A stretch of DNA of 64,000 bases. Source: Patescibacteria group bacterium (GTDB taxonomy: Bacteria > Patescibacteriota > UBA1384 > XYA2-FULL-43-10 > 1-14-0-10-43-13). The position numbers and the translations under genes were made by a program. How positions within the stretch are numbered: the first letter of the stretch is position 1; the number at the start of each line of letters is the position of its first letter. The DNA lies in contig JBAYHC010000001.1 of NCBI GenBank assembly GCA_041666325.1, positions 137,708-201,707 on the forward strand, in the 5' to 3' direction. Of this stretch, positions 12,710 through 22,984 are shown in pieces. The notes under the pieces are model-generated. The model worked only from the letters and a program-made list of their open reading frames with translations. It was not told the origin of the DNA and made no database searches.

Positions 12710-13717
12710 TCAATTATTAATCGGCCGAAAAAGCTGGTCAATCCGACCAACGTGAAGCAAGTTGTCTCTAAGAAGGGCAATGTGGCAGCCATCAGGCGAT
12801 AGAGCGGCCTGTTCTGCCTGAAATGAACTAGCTCGGCCGATGATGGTAGCGCCATAGCAGAGCCTAAGATCATCGACACCGTCCCATTCATCCTTCCTTG
12901 TGCCCCAGACAACCCAATTATCTCCATCTCCCGCTGTCATGGCTCCGTAATTACGCTCAAAGCCAGTGCTAACTACTCCCACAACCTCAATCTTATTCGC
13001 ATCAATCAGGTAAATGGGCGGGGTTTCGTTCCACCCGGCCGTGACAATCAATTGGTCCTTGTGAAATACGAGGGAGTCGGGTGTTCCGCCCTCAATCGAC
13101 CAGGGCGTGAGTTGTCGCGAGATCTGCGTGCTCAAGCCAGTTTTCAGATCAAAAAGATCAATTGGGCAATCATCGAAAACATAGGCCAGCAAACCCGATG
13201 GCGAGACAGCGCTCGCTCGCAGTGAACCATCCCCTCTCGCAACCCGGTGAATGCATTGTCCACTAGCGACATGGTAAACCTCAAGACCTGTGCGACTGGT
13301 ATAAATAAGGTTACCATCATGATAATCAATGGTAACACTCAGCACGCTTCCGGCAACGAGATCACTGGAAGGACTCGGTAAATTGCACGACTCAACCGCA
13401 TCACCGTCATGATAAGCGCGCAGGACAACGCGACCATCAAGCTGATGGATGGCCAAAACGTGCTGGCCCTCATATTTGCCCAGATATGTCCACGAACTGA
13501 AATGCTCTCCGTGATCCACGAGCCAAATAAGACTAATCTCCGGCCAGTTGAAAAAGACGTTTGCAATGTAGCGCGGCTTATCACTATAGTCTTCGCTGCC
13601 AACAATCATAGTCTTTGGGGTCGTCCAGCCGAGCTGAGAAACCCGACCGCGCCCTGACGGACGTACACAAAGCGTTACAAACTTTGATCCCACAAAGGCT
13701 GTCGGATCATTCGGCAT
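12710..13717 (-). CDS. Divergent beta-propeller-like protein
   Basis: AVSPSGLLAY, IDLFDLKTG, ALSPDGCHIAL; GAGGAGG SD. Confidence 0.6.
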   Translation of the reverse strand: MPNDPTAFVGSKFVTLCVRPSGRGRVSQLGWTTPKTMIVGSEDYSDKPRYIANVFFNWPEISLIWLVDHGEHFSSWTYLGKYEGQHVLAIHQLDGRVVLRAYHDGDAVESCNLPSPSSDLVAGSVLSVTIDYHDGNLIYTSRTGLEVYHVASGQCIHRVARGDGSLRASAVSPSGLLAYVFDDCPIDLFDLKTGLSTQISRQLTPWSIEGGTPDSLVFHKDQLIVTAGWNETPPIYLIDANKIEVVGVVSTGFERNYGAMTAGDGDNWVVWGTRKDEWDGVDDLRLCYGATIIGRASSFQAEQAALSPDGCHIALLRDNLLHVGRIDQLFRPINN

Positions 13718-13893
13718 GTCAATGCCCTCCTCTTTCCGTGCCAGCTTTTGCCAGCACACAAAACCAGCCCCCTCTTGAGCTGGTCGCTGATGAGAACTAT
13801 ATCACTTAATTAGAAAAACGCAAGAATAGCAGACAAAGGTTAATCTGACGTGAAGCGGGGTACATCGCGCACAAACCACTTACGCCTGACGCG

Positions 13894-14007
13894 CTATTTG
13901 GCGATTGATTCAACTATGTCTGCCAACGTCTTGGACTGCTGCATGGTATAGAACGAAACAACTGCAAGCAGTACAAAGGAAACAATAATGATAACCTTTC
14001 TCTTCAC
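13894..14007 (-). CDS. 37-aa single-TM small protein (absent from the ORF track)
   Basis: AGGAGG SD then GTG; MKRKVIIIVSFVLLAVVSFYTMQQSKTLADIVESIAK. Confidence 0.6.
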   Translation of the reverse strand: MKRKVIIIVSFVLLAVVSFYTMQQSKTLADIVESIAK

Positions 14008-14041
14008 ACGGGCCTCCTGCAAAAACTAGTATATCGTATTT

Positions 14042-14082
14042 CGCCCACCTGCATCACCTGGAGCGAAGCGACTGCGGGCAGG
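14042..14082. repeat. Dispersed REP-like repeat, copy 1 (2 mismatches)
   Basis: cgcccacctgcatcacctggagcgaagcgactgcgggcagg. Confidence 0.85.
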
Positions 14083-14134
14083 TAGTTCGCGTACCACATT
14101 GCAACCGAGCACCGATTCCGGCCCACAGCAAGAA

Positions 14135-15124
<990 letters not shown>

Positions 15125-15184
15125 TTATCAGGCGAAATACTAAAGTTAAAATCTCACTCCCATGAGCTGTCTCTTGCAATTAGT

Positions 15185-15231
15185 CCTTACGCCCGCCTGC
15201 ATCGCCTGGAGCGAAGCGACTGCGGGCAGGC
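15185..15231. repeat. Dispersed REP-like repeat, copy 2
   Basis: ccttacgcccgcctgcatcgcctggagcgaagcgactgcgggcaggc; identical to 31635-31681. Confidence 0.9.
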
Positions 15232-15258
15232 TTTAAGCCTTACTACTGATGCCTACGC

Positions 15259-16425
15259 TTAGTAGATGTAGCCCATAACAACACGCTCGTTGGTAGATAT
15301 CGTCCTGCGGCTAGTCACGCCCCAACCCCTGGCATTCATTTCGCTAATTGTGACTGAGTCGCCATCAACTGCTTCCACATAAGCCACATGACCCCACCAT
15401 GATTCATTCGTCACGATTATCGCACCAGCGGCAGGAGCAGAGCCGGTTTTATAACCAGCCTTCTTGGCTGAATCCAGCCATCTTCGAGCATTGCCCCAGG
15501 ATCCGGGAACCTGGCGACGGGTTGCAACGTAATAGGTACAGTATCCATACGGATATGCATTATCCTTGCTACCAGCTTTGTGAGGCAAAATTTCGCCAGA
15601 GCTAGCAAAAGCACGATCAGCGGCTGATTTGTCACGAGTTACGGTATTGCGAGAAGACAACGCAAGTCGCGCCTTCTTCTCTTTTTCCTTTTTATCAATC
15701 AGAGCTTGTGATACCTCATATCCCCTAGCAGGAACGCTAATTTTGGTTCCGGGCTTGAGCTTATTGGCATCATCAATATTATTGGTATACTTCAAGGTAG
15801 CTATCTTGACACCGAATTTCCAGCCAATCTCGGTCAATGTATCACCATCTTTTACTAAATAAGCAACAGTCCCACTAGAATTATCTGGAAGTGGCTCCTC
15901 GCGACTCGTAATCTCAGTCGAAACTGAACCAGCTCCATCAACAAAACCATCCGTCGAAGCCAGGGAAAGTGAAGCTTTCTCTGCAGATGCGATACTCTTG
16001 TCATCTTTAATCAGTGGAGTATATTGGTCTATCTCAAATACGATCGACTCCTCAGTCGATGGTTCGACATAAACAAGTTCACCGTTGAACGCACGAACGG
16101 TGTATCTGTCAGCGATGTTAGAGAAGATAACTACCCCGGCCAAAAACCCCAAGGCAAGGTGAGGTAGATATTTGCTTGCAATTATAAAATTCCTGATGTT
16201 ATCTGCGCCGTCAGACAATTTGGCTTTGAAGTTATGCGTAGCTTCAGATACCGCCAAGAGCCTGCTCTTTGCTTGTTCAACAAATCTTCCAGCGCTAATC
16301 AGGAATATATTCTTCCCTTGATAAATTGTTTGCTTTGATCGTACAAGTAAGGGTAAACTACCCTCACCTTCTTCATTCTCACCTGTGCAAGACGAAGGAG
16401 GTTCTATTTCTGATAGCAAAGCCAT
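15259..16425 (-). CDS. Membrane-anchored LysM + CHAP peptidoglycan hydrolase (start uncertain)
   Basis: LysM YLVKDGDTL...; CHAP YPYGYCTYY, WGNA, WGHVAYVE, ISEMN. Confidence 0.9.
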   Translation of the reverse strand: MALLSEIEPPSSCTGENEEGEGSLPLLVRSKQTIYQGKNIFLISAGRFVEQAKSRLLAVSEATHNFKAKLSDGADNIRNFIIASKYLPHLALGFLAGVVIFSNIADRYTVRAFNGELVYVEPSTEESIVFEIDQYTPLIKDDKSIASAEKASLSLASTDGFVDGAGSVSTEITSREEPLPDNSSGTVAYLVKDGDTLTEIGWKFGVKIATLKYTNNIDDANKLKPGTKISVPARGYEVSQALIDKKEKEKKARLALSSRNTVTRDKSAADRAFASSGEILPHKAGSKDNAYPYGYCTYYVATRRQVPGSWGNARRWLDSAKKAGYKTGSAPAAGAIIVTNESWWGHVAYVEAVDGDSVTISEMNARGWGVTSRRTISTNERVVMGYIY

Positions 16426-16680
16426 GTTTGATACGGTAACGCTTTAGGTCCGACTAGGCAGAAACTAAGAAAAATAGCCTTCGTCGGGTTTTAACATTAC
16501 CGAGAACAAGTTTACCAAGTTGCAGCTCAATGTCAAGGCCCAAGCGGATTTGAAACAAGGTTTTTCGTGACATTTACGGCTCCTAGACATAATAACAGTC
16601 ATACAGCCCCAAGGATACAGATTTTTACGATTTAGTCATATATTGCCAAAAATAGCCCGAATACAGAACGAACAGAATCG

Positions 16681-17892
16681 TTATTTGCGCTCGATTGTTG
16701 CCGTAAGCGATGACGGAAGAACAGACAAAACAGTAATACCAGCCGGCGCCTTAATCATGTTGGGATTAATATCATAGTTATATATCCCTGCCGTTCTACT
16801 GCGCAAGTCTAGAGCTAACGAGACATCTCCCGATTTCAAGGCGTTAACCAAATCAGCTTTCCCGCTAACGATTATTCTAAACTGACTTGGCTCAGATGCC
16901 GATATCATATAGGAAAAATCAAGACCTTCAAAATTCGGCGAAAGAAAAAGCTCTCTTGAGACCTCAGAGTCCGAGATTTTGACCGAAATTTTAATTAAGG
17001 GATCGCTTCCGGACTGGAGTGTAATTCCAGACGGCAAACTCAAGCCGATATCACGCTCGATATCACTATTAGCGTTGGTTAAGTCAATTTTCTCAGTCTC
17101 AACAAATGCTATTTCAGAAACAACCGACTGAGGGCCGGTAATATCCACAGTACTTGGAACAGCACTGACTTCAGAAACATACGAGCCTGATTTAGGAGAA
17201 CCAATGGTCTTAACTTTTATACCAACGGTTTTGTTGTTTGATGCTTTTACGATAGCAACTTTGGCTGTAACGCTACTCTCCGAAAACTCGATCTGTCGAT
17301 TGATTTCGCCCTGATCATCGTAAGCATAGACATCTTCTGTCTTTGTAAAATCTCTCGTTTCGCCACTCAGGTTGATCACTGCGATTGCTTCAGTTAAATT
17401 TTCTATCGCACTCTTGGGTCCCTGGGCAGTAACCATATCCGGGTCAAACTCGACTGAGCCAGCAACGAAACCAGATCCTGCGCTCCCCTCGATGCGCTTA
17501 GCAACGGGAACATCCTTGGTAATCAGGGGCTCCAGGGTAACTAGGACCTTCTTGGGACTTTTATCAACGACTTGAACGCCAGGAACAGCTGACACAACAT
17601 TAACCGGCAACTCTTGTGTCCCTGCCTGATAGGACGCCAGGTCCACATAGGCAGAAAATGATTCGGCTGACAATTGCTTCCAGACACCGGGCTCAGCCAT
17701 AATTTTGACCTCCACTGTCTTGGTGTCGTAGATAGCAACTAATCCAGCCGAAACATTTATAGCCTTAATCTTTAAACTACTCGGAAACTTACCGACAGTA
17801 TTTTGCCCAGCCGCAACGTAAAACCACAAAAACACCGTCGAGAATAGACAGAGTGTCTTGATGCCAAAATTATTTGTGAAAATTCTAAACAT
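16681..17892 (-). CDS. cdaR: YbbR/CdaR family regulator of diadenylate cyclase
   Basis: N-terminal TM (NNFGIK...LWFYV) then repeated YbbR-like domains; downstream of cdaA. Confidence 0.85.
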   Translation of the reverse strand: MFRIFTNNFGIKTLCLFSTVFLWFYVAAGQNTVGKFPSSLKIKAINVSAGLVAIYDTKTVEVKIMAEPGVWKQLSAESFSAYVDLASYQAGTQELPVNVVSAVPGVQVVDKSPKKVLVTLEPLITKDVPVAKRIEGSAGSGFVAGSVEFDPDMVTAQGPKSAIENLTEAIAVINLSGETRDFTKTEDVYAYDDQGEINRQIEFSESSVTAKVAIVKASNNKTVGIKVKTIGSPKSGSYVSEVSAVPSTVDITGPQSVVSEIAFVETEKIDLTNANSDIERDIGLSLPSGITLQSGSDPLIKISVKISDSEVSRELFLSPNFEGLDFSYMISASEPSQFRIIVSGKADLVNALKSGDVSLALDLRSRTAGIYNYDINPNMIKAPAGITVLSVLPSSLTATIERK

Positions 17893-18080
17893 ATCTACAA
17901 AGTGTGAAAGGCGAGGCGCTAAGCGTCCCTGAAAGCAACGCTTGGCGTGGCGTAAGTACTAAGTGTCCCACCAGAGGCCCCTTTGCGGGGTGAAGGCCAA
18001 TAAACAAAGTCTTCATCACCGTTCCGTCCTCGCTCTTACTAACTCTCCCATTATTCAATGTTCATGAATAGACATTGCGC

Positions 18081-18890
18081 CTATACTCTTCCCCTTAACA
18101 AGCTGATCAATCGATTGCGTAAACGTTCATCTGAAATTCTGCGCTCAAGCTTTCCTCCGACCGCCAACGATACTGTACCCGTCTCCTCAGAAACAACAAC
18201 AGCAATGGCATCGGAAATTTCGGTTATGCCAGCAGCGGATTTGTGGCGCATACCGAGGTCAGGATTTGTAAGCGACTCTGATACGGGCAGTGTGGATCGA
18301 GCCGATATAATCCGATCCCCGGAAACGATAACTGCGCCATCGTGAAGCGGCGATCTGGGAAAAAATATTGAAAGCAAAACAACTGACTTAACTTTTGCAT
18401 CGATCATAACTCCATTTTCGATATATTCACGCAATCCGGTCTGGCGCTGGAAGACAATGAGCGCCCCGATCCGCTGATCCGAAAACTTTCTTGCAGCTGT
18501 AACGATTTCATCAATCGCTTCGTTGGAACGAGAAAACACTTTTTCGGGCAAAAACCCAGAACGGCCGACCTTTTCCAGCACTGTTCGAAGTTCCGGCTGA
18601 AAAACAATTGGTATGGCGACAACCAACATCGTCATCAGGTTTTTCAAAATCCAGTTAAGAAGGACTAAATTCAGAAGACTACCAAGAGCGAGAAGACCAA
18701 CCAAAAAGAGAAATCCATAAAGAATTCTCATTGCTCTTGTCTCTTTTAGAAAAATGAAAATCCAATAAAAAAGAACCGCAACTATTGCAATATCCAGGAA
18801 AAAGAGAGGGCTGAGATTAACCCGCAATCCCTCCAAAAAATAGCTCGCTTTCTCGGAAACGCCTAGAATTTTCCCCGCCAATGGCTCCAA
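18081..18890 (-). CDS. cdaA: Diadenylate cyclase CdaA/DacA
   Basis: N-terminal TMs; FQPELR; PLHDGA; GMRHKSA; VSEETG. Confidence 0.95.
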   Translation of the reverse strand: MEPLAGKILGVSEKASYFLEGLRVNLSPLFFLDIAIVAVLFYWIFIFLKETRAMRILYGFLFLVGLLALGSLLNLVLLNWILKNLMTMLVVAIPIVFQPELRTVLEKVGRSGFLPEKVFSRSNEAIDEIVTAARKFSDQRIGALIVFQRQTGLREYIENGVMIDAKVKSVVLLSIFFPRSPLHDGAVIVSGDRIISARSTLPVSESLTNPDLGMRHKSAAGITEISDAIAVVVSEETGTVSLAVGGKLERRISDERLRNRLISLLRGRV

Positions 18891-19045
18891 CGTTAATTAC
18901 TCCTCCATAATGCTTTGATTTCATTATATCAGTCCATTAAAATCTTTCAAAGTCATTCATCACTGGTGAGGACAAACAAGTATAGTGCAGCGAGCAATCA
19001 CGCAAAGGCATCGCAAAGACTGTCTCTACATGGCTACTCCCCAAG

Positions 19046-19657
19046 TTATTCGCCTGCCTGGGAAATATTGTTTTTCGGTATCTCTAACCGAAAGAGCTCT
19101 TGGTGAACCGTGGACCTAACTCCCGGCCCTATTCCATAAATGGAGATGTGGTCAATTGGAAAGTGCCATGAAATGTCTGACAGCTTGTGCTCTATTGATT
19201 TCAGACGCAGTTTCAAGGCTGATCTTGACCTGTAACGATAGGCGCGCGCAAGAGTGAGATGCGGTCGAAAATGCATTTGCTTTTTGACGCAAAATTTTCG
19301 AAGGGGCTGCTGAATACTATTGTAGAACTTCTCTATTTCAGGAGAATAAAAAACTTTGAAAAACAGTACTCTTGGATCGTGGCCACCGAACACCCCAACC
19401 TGATTCACCGTCATATGTGTGCCGACCATCAGGGGCAGAAATTGACTGATCTCGAGAACGACCTGCTCCAAAGCTGTGAGCGTTTGGTCGCCAAGGTAGT
19501 AGATAGTGATATGCGGTGTCTCTGGCTTTACCGTGACAAGACCAATGTTCTCAAGACCAATACGCGAAAGCACGTCTTCAAACTTTTGCTGATCGTGAAA
19601 AGGCAATGGAATACCAATAAAGCAAGAAAGAAACCTTTCGCTTCTATACGATGTCAT
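19046..19657 (-). CDS. thpR: 2H phosphoesterase (RNA 2',3'-cyclic phosphodiesterase ThpR/LigT-like)
   Basis: Two HxT motifs: PHIT and PHLT. Confidence 0.8.
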   Translation of the reverse strand: MTSYRSERFLSCFIGIPLPFHDQQKFEDVLSRIGLENIGLVTVKPETPHITIYYLGDQTLTALEQVVLEISQFLPLMVGTHMTVNQVGVFGGHDPRVLFFKVFYSPEIEKFYNSIQQPLRKFCVKKQMHFRPHLTLARAYRYRSRSALKLRLKSIEHKLSDISWHFPIDHISIYGIGPGVRSTVHQELFRLEIPKNNISQAGE

Positions 19658-20169
19658 TCAGCATTGACCTCGATTCCACCGAACGCAGTCGATATCCTGA
19701 GGAGAACATATGGTTCTCCCTCCTTGTATGCATTAGTTGTATAGATCCTCTCACCAAAAGCAGCTGTGCTACCATCCGGCAACCGAATTGCGCCAAAAGC
19801 CCCGCTGGCATTGATCCTGATTGGCACATCCTGCCTAATCCGAACCTCGGCACCCCCAAAAACAACGTCGACCTGTATCTCTCTTTTATCTCCCGACAGA
19901 TTAATTTTCCTGAGATCAACCACCCCCTTGCCAAAAACAATTTCATATTTATTTTGGCGATCATTAGCTCTGATCTCTCCTTCTCCGAAGGTTATCTCAC
20001 TACCTTTGTTTCTCGTTCCAATCAGAATACTGCTTCCCCAAATTATCAGAAACAACGAGATCAAGATTCCGGCAACCGGGACATCAAAACCGAATATGTT
20101 TCTCATAACGAGAAGGATTCCGACCAAAATGAGCAAAACTCCAACAAAATTTCCCTTAATTAATGCCAT
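19654..20169 (-). CDS. LiaF/DUF2154-like membrane protein
   Basis: Two TMs then FGxG/VDL...FGG beta repeats. Confidence 0.75.
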   Translation of the reverse strand: MALIKGNFVGVLLILVGILLVMRNIFGFDVPVAGILISLFLIIWGSSILIGTRNKGSEITFGEGEIRANDRQNKYEIVFGKGVVDLRKINLSGDKREIQVDVVFGGAEVRIRQDVPIRINASGAFGAIRLPDGSTAAFGERIYTTNAYKEGEPYVLLRISTAFGGIEVNAE

Positions 20170-20331
20170 TGCTTGCTCCTATTTTTACTGACCCTAATTA
20201 AATTGTAACATAGCGCGTAAATACGTCATCTTGTATTGATACCAAAAGACCGCCTAGCCAAAGTGACTAGACGGTTCATGGGTGGTGAGGTAGCTTCCTC
20301 ATCTCGCCACTAACCCAGGTGACGGGCATGC

Positions 20332-20535
20332 TCATCGTCGGGACCAGAGCCTTTGATGAAGACCGACGAAGAGCGCTCCATAGACCGCCCAAACGAGCTT
20401 CAGGCGGATGACCGCAACAGTCTGTTCGGCATCCCAGTGGAAGCCAAGCCCGTGTTCGTAGATGGTGAGCCCGTAGGCGGCAGCTACTATCACGGCAAGT
20501 TCGACCGCTGTCTTCCAGAACCAGTGAAGCGCCAC
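20332..20535 (-). CDS. Small two-TM hypothetical protein (~67 aa)
   Basis: AGGAGG SD before GTG at 20535; two hydrophobic helices. Confidence 0.5.
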   Translation of the reverse strand: MALHWFWKTAVELAVIVAAAYGLTIYEHGLGFHWDAEQTVAVIRLKLVWAVYGALFVGLHQRLWSRR

Positions 20536-20787
20536 ATCTCCTCCTATCAGTACGTGCCCGCTCATGATATTGGTGATTTTATCCACCAGACCAGAACAGC
20601 CAGGATCGCTTGCAGTCCTTCTATCAGAACAATTCCCTTTTCGATGTCTGATGCCCCTGAATCTCCAGTGCGACATAACATCATAACATAATATTGACAA
20701 AATGCAATGGTAGAAAGCTAAAATATGGCCTATAAAAGCAAAAGAGCAGGCGCTACACCTGCTCTTTTGCTCTAGATCTTGACCGTT

Positions 20788-22698
20788 TTACTCGACGGTT
20801 CTTTCTTTCTCGATTGTTTTATAAGCAACCAAGGTATCGCCAACGGCAACATTCGCACCAGCTGGCAACCCAAAGCCGCACTCAGTACCGACAGAACAAT
20901 CCTTGACCTCATTCTTCTCTTGGCGAAGAGAGCTGAGCTTCGCTGAATACTTCATATTTCCATCCTGCAAAATCTTGACTGAGTCTCTGGAGGAAATTCT
21001 TCCATCTTCGATCCGACCACCAACAACTACGCCCTTTTTGTCATCACGGAAAATGGCAAGAACTTTAGCACGACCTAATTCTTCCTCAATAATCAGCGGT
21101 GGCAAAGCGGCAGAGAGAGTTGCTTTAATATCATCAACCAATTCATAAATAACATCAAAAGTTTTTAGAGAAATCTTGTCCTTATCTGCAATCTTCCTGG
21201 CTGCCATCAGCACCGGCACTCGAAAACCAATAACCTCAGCACCTGTTGCGATGGCGAGAGTTATATCCGACTCAGAAATCGGCCCAACGCCCTCGGAGAT
21301 AATCTGAACACTAACTTCTTTACTCTTGATTTCAGAAATAAGTTTTTTGATTGCTTCCAAAGAACCGACAACATCACTCTTTATAACTAGATTAAGTTGA
21401 ACCAGTTCAATTTTATCCTCATCGCCATTTTCTCCAGCAACTCGCTTGGCTGTGGCAACATGAAGAGTCGAGTGCAGTCTCTGATCCTTCATCGCAGCGT
21501 CCTTGGCTTCTTTCTCATTGTCGAAAGCAAGAAGTCTATCGCCAAAACCTGGCAGAGACTTCAACCCGGCGATGCGAACAGGAGAACTTGGGCCTGCTGA
21601 CACAATCTTCTTGCCGCTCTGGTTCTCTAGGATCCTGACTCGCCCATAGGATCGGCCAATTGCGACAGCCTCTCCCTGATGAATGGTACCATTTTCTACC
21701 AAAGCGAGAGCAACAGCACCTCTTCCAACCTCCATGTGGGATTCAATGATCACACCAACAGCCTTGTCTTTTGGATTTGCTTTAAATTCCAACAGATCGG
21801 CCTGGAGTAAAATCATTTCGAGCAGATCATCAACCCCCGCACCAGTCTTGGCGGAAATTTCTACTATGACTGTTTTTCCGCCCCATTCCTCTGGCACTAA
21901 TTCATATTCGGTCAATTGTTGCTTGACCTTCATCACATCCGCGTCAGGCAGGTCAACCTTGTTGATGGCAACAATAATGGGCACGTTGTTTGATTTCGCC
22001 TTCTCAATAACTTCGGCAGTTTGCGGCATGACACCGTCATCTGCAGCAACGATAAGAACAACAATATCGGTGATAGTTGTGCCATGTTCCCTCATTCGAG
22101 AGAAAGCAGCGTGACCAGGGGTGTCCAAAAAAGTAATGGTTCGACTTTTGATATCAGGATTTTTAGTACTGGCGAGATTAACCTGGTAAGCCGAGATATG
22201 CTGAGTAATACCGCCCGATTCCCCCTCTGCAACCTTAGCGGAGCGTATTTTGTCAAGCAGGGTAGTCTTGCCATGGTCTACGTGACCCATAACCGTAACA
22301 ACAGGAGGGCGAATCTCTAGGTCTGCCTCATTAGTGGTTGTATGAACTTCCTTCTGTTGCACAGGTCTATTTGCGCCCTCTTTCTCGTGCACGATCTCCA
22401 GATTAAGATCATCACCAACAATGGCAGCTGTTTCAAAATCAATTGTCTGGTTGATACTAGCGAGTACACCATTCTTGATAAGTGCACTGATCACTTGCGT
22501 TACAGCCAATCCAGCTCGGTCCGCAAGATCCTTGACAGAAACTATCTCTGGGATAGATACGATTTTCTTGGCCTTCTCAACAGGCTTAGCTCTCTCGCTC
22601 AAATTTAAGTTGTTCTCTCTCTCAATAGCAAAACCGTCAGCCTTGTGAGCCGCCTTTTCTTCTTTTTTGCTTAGTTTTCTCTTCTTAACCCGTGCCAT
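20788..22698 (-). CDS. infB: Translation initiation factor IF-2
   Basis: GHVDHGKTT; DTPGH; DGVMPQT; NKVD. Confidence 0.97.
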   Translation of the reverse strand: MARVKKRKLSKKEEKAAHKADGFAIERENNLNLSERAKPVEKAKKIVSIPEIVSVKDLADRAGLAVTQVISALIKNGVLASINQTIDFETAAIVGDDLNLEIVHEKEGANRPVQQKEVHTTTNEADLEIRPPVVTVMGHVDHGKTTLLDKIRSAKVAEGESGGITQHISAYQVNLASTKNPDIKSRTITFLDTPGHAAFSRMREHGTTITDIVVLIVAADDGVMPQTAEVIEKAKSNNVPIIVAINKVDLPDADVMKVKQQLTEYELVPEEWGGKTVIVEISAKTGAGVDDLLEMILLQADLLEFKANPKDKAVGVIIESHMEVGRGAVALALVENGTIHQGEAVAIGRSYGRVRILENQSGKKIVSAGPSSPVRIAGLKSLPGFGDRLLAFDNEKEAKDAAMKDQRLHSTLHVATAKRVAGENGDEDKIELVQLNLVIKSDVVGSLEAIKKLISEIKSKEVSVQIISEGVGPISESDITLAIATGAEVIGFRVPVLMAARKIADKDKISLKTFDVIYELVDDIKATLSAALPPLIIEEELGRAKVLAIFRDDKKGVVVGGRIEDGRISSRDSVKILQDGNMKYSAKLSSLRQEKNEVKDCSVGTECGFGLPAGANVAVGDTLVAYKTIEKERTVE

Positions 22699-22984
22699 CC
22701 TGTTCACTCCAGTCTCAGCTTAACTATTACCAGACATGATTAGTCGGTTGCCGATGCTCAACAAAGAACTTAGCGCCAAGGTGGCGCCTCTATTGCAAAC
22801 ACTGAACCTCTCCAATATTTCGAGGCCAGATCCTTAACGATTAAACCACATTGTTGGGCACGTGCACGTGAGACAGATCAATAACGCATATCACAAGAAA
22901 CAAAATATGGTCATACATGTCTATTATACAAGATTTGCTTGTCTTTAGCAAGCAAATCAGGTTCAGTCCAAATAATGTGCTGAA

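Noticed and set aside
16345-16536. Canonical c-di-AMP (ydaO) riboswitch
   Set aside because: Conserved ydaO sequence blocks are not visible.
22732-22922. ~190-nt RNA closed by AGACATG/CATGTCT upstream of infB (6S candidate)
   Set aside because: The 5' arm abuts the -10 box and is probably not transcribed; only short hairpins remain, so it is treated as an ordinary leader.
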